Shown one piece after another: positions 1 through 9,728 of a stretch of 34,953 nt of DNA. The stretch comes from Paraphysomonas bandaiensis (Eukaryota; Protista; Chrysophyceae), in the NCBI GenBank assembly GCA_965644295.1, contig CBFFRP010000535.1, positions 1 to 34,953 on the forward strand. Direction: 5' to 3'. The position numbers and the translations under genes are program-made. How positions within the stretch are numbered: the first letter of the stretch is position 1; each line of letters opens with the position of its first letter. The notes beneath the pieces are model-generated. The model was not told the DNA's origin. It worked only from the letters and a program-made list of their open reading frames with translations, and made no database searches.

Positions 1-466
1 TATTCGCTCTTTTTATTCTTGCTTGTTTTGCTTCTTCGATTGTATCAAAGTATCCAATGTGGATTTTAATGCCGTCTAATTTTATTGACGCTCTCCATTT
101 TTTACTTCTTTTGTGATAATCAATACCTTTTACACCTGATGTATTTGCTTTGCTTAACTTATGGTTATGTTGATTTTCCGATCGAGTGGCCCATCTCAAA
201 TTATTGACATTGTTATCTGTTTTGATATTATTTATATGATCTGTATGAGGTTTATTTTCTGGATTTGGTATAAAAGCCAATGCAACTAATCTGTGGATTA
301 GTTCTGTTTTTTTCTTTCCATTCACACTGAGACAAAGTTTATTATATCCGCCTCTATTCACAGCTTGTTTCAGTATCTTATTTGTATTATTGTTCTTCAC
401 ATTTCCTTTATTTGATATACTATAATTATTGTTGTATCCATCAATCACTTTCCATTCTTCAGCCAT
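1..466 (-). CDS. NUMOD4-HNH-AP2 homing-type endonuclease, 3' end runs off the window
   Basis: Manual translation from ATG at 466: MAEEWKVIDGYNNNYSISNKGNVKN (NUMOD4-like) ... IHRLVALAFIPNPENKPHTDHINNIKTDNNVNNLRWATRSEN (HNH) ... NTSGVKGIDYHKRSKKWRASIKLDGIKIHIGYFDTIEEAKQAR (AP2-like). Intronless, AT-rich, no stop before position 1. Confidence 0.92.
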   Translation of the reverse strand, partial: MAEEWKVIDGYNNNYSISNKGNVKNNNTNKILKQAVNRGGYNKLCLSVNGKKKTELIHRLVALAFIPNPENKPHTDHINNIKTDNNVNNLRWATRSENQHNHKLSKANTSGVKGIDYHKRSKKWRASIKLDGIKIHIGYFDTIEEAKQARIKRAN

Positions 467-552
467 TGTAATATATATATATGTATATAATAATTTCTTT
501 TTAAACCATTTTATATATATTTAAATTAGAATTCAAGGTTTTATGAGTTTTT

Positions 553-663
553 GCTTTAAGCATATTCGCCATTATATCACTACAACTACATTCCAGAGCT
601 TTAAGCATATTCGCCATTATATCACTACAACTACATTCCAGAGCTTTAAGCATTGCCATTATA
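553..663. repeat. 45-bp tandem repeat, 2 perfect units plus a partial third
   Basis: GCTTTAAGCATATTCGCCATTATATCACTACAACTACATTCCAGA at 553-597 and 598-642, degenerate partial from 643. Confidence 0.95.
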
Positions 664-858
664 CATTATTATAAAAAAGTCATATAGATAACAAAGTAGA
701 TTTAATAAGTAGTTTTAATGGTAGAATCCCGGGGTTTTATAACCTTTACAAATTTAAATTATTTTTCATTTTAATTTTTCCCTCCCCCTATATCTACTAT
801 TAAATCTACTTATTAAATCTACTTTACTATCTATATTACTTTTTATTATAAACATTAT

Positions 859-961
859 AAATAATATATAAAGTTATTAATTTTATTTAAGAATATAAAT
901 AATATATAAAGTAATTAAAAGTTATTAATAATATATAAAGTAATTAAAAATATATAAAGTT
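859..961. repeat. Degenerate AT-rich tandem motif (AATAATATATAAAGT(A/T)ATTAA)
   Basis: About 4 imperfect copies between 859 and 961. Confidence 0.7.
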
Positions 962-1401
962 AAATTAGCAAAGAGAAGGAATTACAACCGAAGGTTGTAA
1001 TTGGAAACACTCGAAGAGAAGAGGCCCCTTGAGGGGCAGTGGGGTAGAAAAAGGCTTGCCCTTGCCTCCGTCCCTTCGTTTTTTTAGGCTTGCGTAACGA
1101 TGAATTGGTTTTCAATTTATTGGCAATAATTGCCAAATAAATTAATTGGTTTTAAAAATAACAATTTCAACTATTGTTATTGGTCAAAATTACCATATAA
1201 TAGGCTGGCTTTCTTATATATAGCATCGTAAGATGTATAGCGTATTGCTACTGATTATATCTTTTAGCATAGAAGGACTTGGATGCATGTGCACAGTTAC
1301 TTTATCATTTTATTAATCATAATTGTGTGAAAGTATAAGAGTCAGTATACACTTTAACCTCAACACACAAGATCAAAGATCGTTCACAAAAAACAAACTG
1401 A

Positions 1402-1635
1402 ACATCTCCACATCAAGGACATGCTGCTCTTTGGACAAAAGGAGTTGCTGTGCAACAAGTGTTGCTTCTCTGTAAAACAGAAGATAAAGATGAGGATTCC
1501 GACATCGATTTTAGTGCAGAATCAATTGGAGAGTATTTGTTTGATGACTTTTTTAATGAGATTGGACTTCAATTGTGTTGGGTTTATTCTGGTGACAACA
1601 CTGCTTGAAACCAGAAAAAGAACAATTATATGGGC
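1402..1635 (+). pseudogene. Possible degraded hAT-like transposase fragment
   Basis: Frame 1 reads LLLCKTEDKDEDSDIDFSAESIGEYLFDDFFNEIGLQLCWVYSGDNTA*N, resembling the F(T/S)A.S...(L/I).D.L....GDN..N block of hAT-type transposases; in-frame stop at 1606-1608. Recognised by eye only. Confidence 0.4.
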
Positions 1636-1652
1636 ACCCTCTGTACCTTTGT

Positions 1653-2100
1653 GCTAAACTAGTGCTTAACTTTAATACCCTACAATTTTGCTCTACGAAA
1701 GCTGCTTGTGCATCACCGCAAGGACGAAGGTCCAACCACTTTCGCCCTCTGTCCTTAAAGGTGAACTATAGCCCGGGTGAGTGACCTCACCAGGAAGCCC
1801 AATACCACGGATGCCCTTGAGGTGGGTCCATTTCCGGTTATTCCCTGATGCCATTATTTTGTTCGTCAAGGCCCAAAGACGTCCCTCGTACCACACAAGC
1901 ATTTCGCTATGAGTGGGCAGAACAATATTTGCTGACTATATTATATACTATTCGATTAGGGTTAGGGTTAGGGTATACAGTCTGACATCACGAAAAGGTG
2001 CGAGTCCGACTTTGTTGAGGGTATATATATATGCGGCTCACGTTAGTTTTCTGGAGGGATATATCCGGTACTTATCCCAGAACACCACAAAAAGGTGCGA
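1653..2100 (-). mobile_element. Rearranged copy of the ~550 bp retroposon (1653-2020) plus a partial duplicate (2022-2100)
   Basis: Matches the family (GCTGCTTGTGC, TTCGTCAAGGCCCAAAGACGTC, AAAAGGTGCGAGTCCGACTTTGTTGAGG ending at 2020); internally interrupted by a short telomeric tract. Confidence 0.85.
1945..1974 (+). repeat. Short interstitial telomeric tract ATACTATTCGA-(TTAGGG)3
   Basis: TTAGGG x3 at 1956-1973 preceded by ATACTATTCGA at 1945-1955. Confidence 0.95.
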
Positions 2101-2448
2101 TATGTATATACAGTAGTGACTCGAATGCTGTGTGTACCAATAAAATACATAATGTTGGTAAGCACGACGTAACCCAAACCTAAAATAACAAATCTTCAAA
2201 ACTTGTTGTGGCATTTGCACTCTTCAGCAAAAACGAAGAATTTTTAAAGACAATTCACTTGTACTGACATCATCATTTTATTCTTTTCATCAATATATAT
2301 AACGTGAAGTATTTGATAAACTGCTTTTACTGCAGAAAATTGACTCATAATTGCGTTTTCCCTTAAATTATGTTGTAATTAATGATGATGTTGTATAATA
2401 TATAAACTCACTTTAAAATTATTTTCCAACAGATAGTTTTTTATCCAA

Positions 2449-2823
2449 CCTAATATTGATGTTGAATGTGTGTATTTTTGGTGCCAATATATCCGAACGT
2501 TCTGATGAAACCCAATTCAGGTTTAAATATAGTTATATATATATTATTTATCCACGGATAATCAGGAGGCCATATTATTGTTCTGAAACTAGGTCAAAAA
2601 GCCCGAGCCTTAAAATTTGGACAGGAGACTATACTCCTTCTTACCCCTTGTGGTTACATATTGTAGCTTATTCTCAAGATGCTGAATACCTAATATCTAG
2701 ACAGTACAATTAAGATAGAAGAGAGGTTCTATTTCACCCCCGAATATTGAAGTTGAATGTCTACATTCTACATTAGCCCGATGTTAATATGAGCGTTCTG
2801 TTGAACCCAATTCAGGTCAAAAA
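2449..2823. repeat. Degenerate ~80 bp direct repeat pair
   Basis: AATATTGA(T/A)GTTGAATGT ... CGTTCTG(A/T)TGAA(A)CCCAATTCAGGT at ~2449-2528 and ~2740-2823. Confidence 0.7.
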
Positions 2824-3152
2824 ACAATTTTTTGAGACAAAATGACTCCTCAATTATGCATTAGTTTCATGAAACCTTCACACCGAAAGGTAATATTATT
2901 CATAATAATTTTCCAACCGTTAAGATATCGAATTTCATCAGTGTAATCAGATCAATCATATCGTCATAAACGCAATAAAAACCATAATTTCATAATATAA
3001 CGTAATAAAAAATTGGTAAGATAGTTGTTTTTCGTATATAATTCGAGTCATTCCATGACATGATGTCGAAGGACTACAGCGAGCATACTCCCAGCGGCTT
3101 GGTGGGGCTGGCACATTGCTGGTGAAATTGCTATATAGCGTCCTCTAAATAG

Positions 3153-4514
3153 TTAATAACTTGAAATAGATTGGTGCGCGAAAGCAGCAAGGTGCCCAGT
3201 ATGAGCGTGCAGTGTTGTGGGTCGATGTATGACGTGTTTACAAACATCAATATGACGCATCGCAACACCCTGCTCGAAGAAGCGACGACAAGTAGGACAC
3301 TGCATATAGGATTCATAAACGGGGTCAGTCCGGGGAGGACTCTTATGAGGAGCCATCTTTTTAGCCTTTTCCTCTTCCCTCATTCGAGAAATAGCTCGAT
3401 CCCACTTGGCCTTGGCGACTCGTTTTTTGGCTCGTACCAGACGTCTGCCAGCTATAGCAGCATGGCGAAGAGCTTCACTCTGATATCTCCACTTAGATAC
3501 ATCATCAGAAAAAGTTCCTGGGATTATTTTCCCTCCTTTGTGATGCTTTGGAGAAACAGCGGGTGGTGGTAACTTAGCCGTATCAGCAAGAAAAGCTTCG
3601 AGCTCTGTGCCTCTAGCTCTGGCAGAAGCAGAATTGTACACAGTTCGTGTGGAGCGAGAAATAACACCTCTCCGGCATACTGGTTCGTCGACGCGTCTGG
3701 CGGGGGTTTCAAAGCAACAGGAGCGGTTATGAACCTCTAGACGTGCTGGGGCAAAAGTGCGGTCGCAGTACTCGCACTTCACAAGGGGGATATCGTCCAC
3801 GTGAGCCAAGGACGCCAGGTGCCCAGAATGGGGGTGCAAAGTCGTGGGACGATGTTTGATGTTGGCACACTTTTCAATGTGTCGGTACCCAACGGACCTG
3901 TCGAATGTTCGTGAGCAAGTAGGGCACTGCACGTAGGTTGAGTATATGATGCCGTCGAGGGGACTCGAGGAGCGAGTTGGGTCAATCGGACGCTTGATCA
4001 TGAAATCTTCCTTCTCAGCTTTCCTCTCGGCCTTCTCCGCACGACGAATAGTTTCCTTATGAGCTCGCTTCATTGCCTTCATGCGGCGCCTCGCTGCCAT
4101 AACACCGTGGCGAAGAGCTTCTGACTCGAATCGCCACTTCGATACCTCTCCAGACAATGTGCCAAATAGAACTTTCCCACCTCTATGTTTAGGAGAAATA
4201 GAAGGAGGAGGGAGGTTTGCAATCTTCCGCTGAAAATCCCATAGATCAGTTCCGTAGGCTCGCGCATTGGCAGAGTTGTAAATGGTCTTCTTCCCCCGTA
4301 TGTAAACATTCCATCGACTCACCGGCTCATCCACCCGACGATGAGGGGTCTCAAAAGTGCAAGATCGGTTATGGACAACGAGAGACTTCGGGTAGAAAGT
4401 TCTCCCACAGAAGTGACAGGGCGAGAGGACGGGGTCCAGGGCGATCGGACCTAAGTTACGCATCTCAGAAATGACCAAATCAAAGCTGCTGCTGCTCTTG
4501 TTGTTGGCTCCCAT
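3153..4514 (-). CDS. C2HC-type zinc-finger protein (ZC2HC1-like), four fingers in two tandem modules
   Basis: Four CxxC-R.F-x(n)-H...C motifs (CHFCGRTF, CPTCSRTF, CEYCDRTF, CPTCRRFF); the two halves are clearly homologous. First ATG at 4514; the ORF-track start at 4607 is a non-ATG codon. Confidence 0.85.
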   Translation of the reverse strand: MGANNKSSSSFDLVISEMRNLGPIALDPVLSPCHFCGRTFYPKSLVVHNRSCTFETPHRRVDEPVSRWNVYIRGKKTIYNSANARAYGTDLWDFQRKIANLPPPSISPKHRGGKVLFGTLSGEVSKWRFESEALRHGVMAARRRMKAMKRAHKETIRRAEKAERKAEKEDFMIKRPIDPTRSSSPLDGIIYSTYVQCPTCSRTFDRSVGYRHIEKCANIKHRPTTLHPHSGHLASLAHVDDIPLVKCEYCDRTFAPARLEVHNRSCCFETPARRVDEPVCRRGVISRSTRTVYNSASARARGTELEAFLADTAKLPPPAVSPKHHKGGKIIPGTFSDDVSKWRYQSEALRHAAIAGRRLVRAKKRVAKAKWDRAISRMREEEKAKKMAPHKSPPRTDPVYESYMQCPTCRRFFEQGVAMRHIDVCKHVIHRPTTLHAHTGHLAAFAHQSISSY

Positions 4515-4929
4515 GGTAGAAATATGTAGTAGTTTAACGAATGGATTATGGTGGCTACATGTAGTGTTCCTGGTCTCGTAAACTGAACTTAGATATCCTT
4601 CCAACACCCTTTCTCACATCTGTATCTACATGTACACATAATTTCATACACAACACGACACAATCCCAAAAGAATACGACGTATCCAATCATCTTCAACC
4701 GAACACGCAATGTTTCTATATGGGTGTATAGGTGTATAGGTACGGTATGTGGGTATATGGGTACAGCAGTAGATATTTGTATGTATGTAGGTCTGTTGCT
4801 GTATACCTATAGGCTCTCTTTACGTGACGCACGGATACTGCTGTAGTATGCAGATATGGTAAGGGCGCTGTGGTCCTCTTAGCTGTTCGTTAGTTGAAGG
4901 GATACTATATCCATTCAATAATAGATGGT

Positions 4930-6844
4930 ATGGATAGCTCAAACACGATAGGCCCAGCTGCATTTATTATCTCATCTGCATTGTCGTTATTACGGGTAAG
5001 GTATCTGCAGGAAGCTAGAGAGAAGCGCATCTTCTGTTCAGACAGCGACAGGGAGAGAATCGGTGCTTACACAGCTCCCCCCGGAATATACGATGCCGTT
5101 ATTGTTGGTGCGGGACCCGCAGGGGCTACAGCTGCTTATTATCTGGGCAAACAAGGAAAACGCGTGGCGCTGATTGATAAGAAGTCTTTTCCTAGACCGA
5201 AACCATGCGGAGATGCCTGGTGCAAGCCAGCTCTGGACATATTGGAGGATATGGGCGTGTTGAAAAAAATGGAAGATGATGGAATTACACGTCCAGTTAA
5301 GCGTGGTGGGTTTATTTCTCCGTTTGGGTATCGCTGCATTAACACTGACGGTTCGCAATATGGGTCTGTCACTGGGTGCAAGACCTACGCCATCAAACGA
5401 TATATTGCTGATGAATATATTGTCAGGGCGGCCTGTGCATTTCCTACAGTCGAATTATTTGAAAATGTTGAAATATGTGATGTTGTGTACGTTCCGCCGG
5501 CAAGCAAAGACGTTGATACATTGCCGGGTCACCACCGGGTTATCACTAAGTCAGACACCCAGAATAATATATCCGGTGTGATGTGCCTTATATGTGACGG
5601 TTCAACTTCCTACCTCGCCCAGAAGTTAGGGATAATCCCAAAAGGTTCTCAGCCTGATGCTGTCTGCTCGCACGCTTATATCCAAGGCAATAGTCATTGT
5701 TGGGATGAAGCCGACGGTGTTATGATATTCAATCGCTCGATATTGCCTGGATACTCGGCACTGTTCCGACATTACAACGACGATATGTACTTCGGTGAGT
5801 GAAACAAAGCTGTGTACACTTCATTTCATCATACATATGATGTAGAACCGTACAAATGTAATAATGTATGATAGGGACGTATATTCTTCCTGGAGGACGA
5901 GCAACATCCCGTGCAATTGCTCCGTTTGAGAATGAAGCGATAGAAAAACACCCTTATGTACGGGATGCCTTTGGCAGTGCTTATGTATATGAGGTACGAG
6001 GGTATAGCCCATGTGCAAATAGGTTTCACTGAGGAGGTTTTCAGGAAAAACGTGTAGTGGCTCCAATACGCTGTGGAGGGGTAGAAAAATCGTTCACTAG
6101 GCAGCTGCTACTAGTTGGAGATGCTGCGGGACATGTAGATCCCTTGACAGGTGTGCGTGTTGCCTCGAAATGTCACCACTGTATTCTATTATTCCTAGAA
6201 TATATATTGATGAGTGTGGACACATATATTCAATGTACACCACGGTCATTTGGCCGTCAACTAGGATACTAAATATAATATGCCACAGTAACCACTGTTG
6301 CCCTAGTTTAACGATGTAGTATAGGTGAAGGAATTCACACCGCAATGTTAGCTGGTAGAACTGCCGCTGAATGTGTCGGGGAGATGTTTTCCTCCGGAAA
6401 CTTCACATTACAGGCATGTCGTGCTTACGGTACGTGGACCGGTGTGGAACATATGTGAATGAAATGTCGGGATGAATATGTCGTGTGTCTGATGAAATTA
6501 TATATACAGAGAAACGCTGCTACGACATATTTGGCTACGAATTCTTGTCATCTTCCCTGGCTGCGAAAATAATCTACTACTTCCCAATCACCTTAGACGC
6601 AGTGGCTGTAGTTGGCCAACGTCGTGGACAGGCTTTCTTGGACTTTTTTGGTGAAGTTATGACTGGAGTGCGCCCAAAATCCGACTTTGCGCAACCTTTC
6701 TTACTTCTTGAGATTACATTCGAGCTGGTTCGGCAGTTACTTATTCAAAATGTATTGATTCGAAAGGCTTTATTGCCAACAGATATTGGGATGGATATTA
6801 TCGAGAAGCAGAGTGGCAAAAAGAGAGGTGGGAACTACGCATAG
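4930..6844 (+). CDS. Geranylgeranyl reductase family FAD-dependent oxidoreductase, 5 exons
   Basis: DAVIVGAGPAGATAA (Rossmann), FPRPKPCGD, CDG, and spliced GDAAGHVDPLTG|EGIHTAM; GT-AG introns, first 5795-5874; stop at 6844; hydrophobic N-terminus. Start codon uncertain. Confidence 0.9.
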
Positions 6845-7355
6845 TTTATGTACATTAGTATCATGTATTCCTCGTAACTTATAAACCCAAAAAGCACATT
6901 GAAGAATATTGGTATGAATATTTTTAAAGCAATATACGATCAATCGATTAGCCTGGTCTCGAACTTGTGTTTTAAGGTAATAAAACGCAAATTATTTGTA
7001 TTATTTACAAGGTTAAGGTTCAATGGATAAGTAAAAACCAAATTACAGTTAACTAAGCGGTAGATAATATTCATTATTGGCAGCGTAGTGAAGTTGGTGA
7101 CCATGTGATCTTAACGAGAGGAACTAAAATGAAACATTTTAGTATCACTGTATTTGTAGTGTCGTTGAATCAGTTAGAGAAGCATTGTAGCATTACTGAT
7201 GATAGAGGTAGGTAGCGTACAATATCATAGGAATATATATAAACCCTGATATATCAGAAGAAATTTGATAACGTCAGAGCATAGGGTTGACTTCTACCTT
7301 CTACGTAGTCCTGGCACAAATTCAATCTGGCTTTTGGTTGTAAATCCAACCACAC

Positions 7356-7440
7356 CCTCAACAAAGTCGAACTCGCACCATTTCGTGATGTTTTGGGGGA
7401 TAAGTACCGGAGATATTCCTCCGGGAAACTAACGTGAGCC
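7356..7440 (+). ncRNA. Candidate HDV-like self-cleaving ribozyme at the retroposon 5' end
   Basis: Consensus of the copies: P1 CCUCAAC, P2 CUCGC, P3 ACC, L3 UUUUCGU, P3' GGU, P1' GUUCUGG, GG, P4 hairpin CCGGAG-AUAUUC-CUCCGG, CUAAC, P2' GUGAG. P1 has two mismatches in the consensus, P1.1 would be U-G only, and individual copies carry further substitutions. Confidence 0.55.
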
Positions 7441-7448
7441 ACAAAACA

Positions 7449-7932
7449 TATTGAAAGTCTTATTATTACATATAGGTGTTTAAAACCTGCACTATCTTAG
7501 TAGCGATATGAACGCTAGACAAACTAGTTAGACCTCTACCTGTAACTAATCAGTACACACTTTTTTTATCCTACTATTTAACGCTACGGAAGCTGCTTGT
7601 GCGTCGCCGCAAGCACCAAGGTGCCACCACTTCCGCTCTGAGTTCTTAAGGTGAACATCCCGGATGCTTGACTTCAGCAGTCAGCCCAATACCCCGGTTT
7701 TACCGTTCAGATGGGCTCATTCCCGGATGCCTGTTTCTTCGTCAGGGCCCAAAGACGTCTACACAAGTGACACTTATTGGTGTCCCTTGTACCACACAAG
7801 CATTCGGCTATGAGTGGGCAAAAGAATATCTTATGACTCTATTTGCGGCTCACGTTAGTTTCCCAGAGAGAATCTCTCCGGTACTTATCCCCCAGAGCAC
7901 AACAAAAAGGTGCAAGTCCGACTTTGTTGAGG
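7449..7932 (-). mobile_element. Retroposon copy with both termini, nested in opposite orientation in another copy
   Basis: TATTGAAAGTC...TTTGTTGAGG flanked by AGCCACAAAACA (7437-7448) and AGCCACAAACA (7934-7944). Confidence 0.9.
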
Positions 7933-8660
7933 AAGCCACAAACATAGTCAGCAGATATAGTTCTGTCCACTCATAGCCGAATGCTTGTGTGGTACAAGAG
8001 ACGACACCAATAAATGTCACTTGTGTAGACGTCTTTGAGACTTGACGAATAAACAAGCATCCGGGAATGGGCCCACCTTAAGGGTAATCGGGGTATTGGG
8101 CTCACTGCTGAAGTCAAGCACAATATTCACCTCTTAAGAACTCAAAAATTTTGAAGTCAGCAGATGTCAGGTATATCAACATTCTGCTTGCTCACGGCAT
8201 TTTTTGCTTTGAGCGATATAGCGGAGGTGGTTGCACCTTGGTGCTTAAATAGTAGGATAATAGAGTTTGTACTTATTAGTTACAGGTAGACGTCTATCTA
8301 GCTTGACTAGTTTTCTTCTAGCTACTAAACAGACTGGTGCTGATTCTTAACGCCTATTGCTAATAATAAGACTTTCAATATCGAACCACATGGGTTCAGT
8401 ATTAATTGCTTAGAAATTACGCCATATAGCGTTTTCATGCAATGTATGGCGTTAAGTTTGATGTAGATGGTAATGTTCAGAGTTCAGATGGCCAAGCCTT
8501 CTACTACTATTATATGAAAGCTGGGCACCTGAAAAATCAAGTAATATCTCACTATAATAGTGGTGGAAGCTTGTTGCAAAGAAGAATGAACCACAAGCAG
8601 GTACTGTGAAGGTAGTTTAAACTTTAAATACTTTACCAACTAAACTTACCTACTAGCCTA

Positions 8661-9449
8661 TATTGAAAGTCTTATTATTATTTAGCAATAGGCGTTAAGA
8701 ATCTGCACCAATGTAGTAGCTAGTTGAATGCTAGACATACTATTTATTTGACCGCTACCCATAACTAATCAGCACAAATTCTATTATCCTACTATTTAGC
8801 GCTACATAAGCTGCTTGTGCGCCGCCGCAAGCACCAAGGTGCGGCCACTTCCGTTCTTAATGTTGATTGTGAGTTTCGCCATGATCGTGTGTCCTAGGAC
8901 TCACTGGCGCGTGGTATCAGGGGGTCTCCCCTTGGGATGAGATTCCACCACTGGCTCTGAGGTATGGGGTTCTGTATTAAGGTCCTGAGTGTACCGAGTG
9001 CTAGATGTGTGTGCTGAGAGGTGGAATGTGGCGTTCTTTCATTGCACCGTTTGGGCCTTAGGCATAGGTAGAGTTGCCGGAGACGGCGTCGTTGTCGAGG
9101 GCCTGAAGGTTTCGTGCGGGCTGGTGATGTGTTCCTGTGTGTATGAATGGTGGGGTTCGTGTGTGTGGTGGGCGGTGGTCCAGCCTCGGGTCGTCTGCAG
9201 ACTCCTAGTAATTGTAGCACCCTTGGGCGTTTCCATTGCAGTCTACGTTTTTGACGCGGTCGCGGGAGTAGCCTAGGTGGTCTTTTGTGTAGGGTAATAT
9301 ATCGTCGACTTCGATCTTGGATCATGAGCTTTGCTACAGCAAAAAGCGGGAGAAGCAGGCTGATGACCGCTGATTCAAGGTGCGCAGACCTTGCGGTGTC
9401 AGGGGCTCACGGATGTCATCTCCAAAAACCATCTCGAGTTGTGCAGTGT
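8661..9449 (-). mobile_element. Chimeric insertion: 3' ~200 bp of the retroposon (8661-~8858) fused to ~590 bp of unrelated GC-richer sequence
   Basis: Whole unit flanked by TTACCTACTAGC at 8646-8657 and 9450-9461. Confidence 0.75.
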
Positions 9450-9472
9450 TTACCTACTAGCTAAATCCTACT

Positions 9473-9722
9473 TGCTCGCACCTTTTCGTGGTGTTGTGCG
9501 GGATAAGTACTAACTAAAGTTAGCAACATATATATATAGTCAGCAGATAATTTCTGCCCACTCATAGCCGAATGTTTGTGTGGTACAAGGGATACTAATA
9601 AGTAATAAGTGTCACTGTGTCTTTGGTGGACCTTGACAAATAAACAGGCAACCGGGAACCGGAAATGGGCCCACCTCAAGGGCATCCGGGATATTGTGCT
9701 ACCTGCTGAAACAGAAGTTGAC
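9473..9722 (+). mobile_element. Partial retroposon copy (5' half), ending next to a Copia LTR
   Basis: CTCGCACCTTTTCGTGGTG ... GGGCCCACCTCAAGGGCATCCGGG matches the family. Confidence 0.85.
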
Positions 9723-9728
9723 ATTATT

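Larger units (their letters stand above)
1..1250. mobile_element. AT-rich, virus-like segment (possible end of an endogenous virophage/Polinton-like/giant-virus insertion); right boundary approximate
   Basis: Much lower GC than the host genes, an intronless HNH-AP2 gene, tandem repeats and a cluster of hairpins. No capsid, polymerase or integrase gene is visible in the window. Confidence 0.45.
7356..8380 (+). mobile_element. Full-length retroposon copy (7356-7448 plus 7934-8380) split by a nested copy
   Basis: Starts CCTCAACAAAGTCG, ends TAATAATAAGACTTTCAATA; flanked by TCCAACCACAC (7345-7355) and TCGAACCACAT (8381-8391), an 11-bp TSD with 2 mismatches. Confidence 0.9.

Noticed and set aside
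553-663. CRISPR-like array
   Set aside because: Head-to-tail repeats with no spacers, in a eukaryotic context.
1997-2007. GGTGCGAGTCC as a Pol III B box or tRNA T-loop
   Set aside because: It lies on the inferred antisense strand, with no A box or cloverleaf; better explained as the complement of P2/P3.
7733-7745. Hammerhead-like core CTGACGA-A-GAAAC on the minus strand
   Set aside because: No stem II or matching stem III; most other copies read CTTGACGAATAAAC.
7668-7976. ORFs inside repeat copies (also 1693-1902, 1913-2116, 7254-7442, 9461-9724)
   Set aside because: Frames are not conserved between copies and have no recognisable domains.
8894-9325. 143-aa Arg/Pro-rich ORF as a real gene
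   Set aside because: No recognisable motif; lies in captured, apparently decayed sequence.
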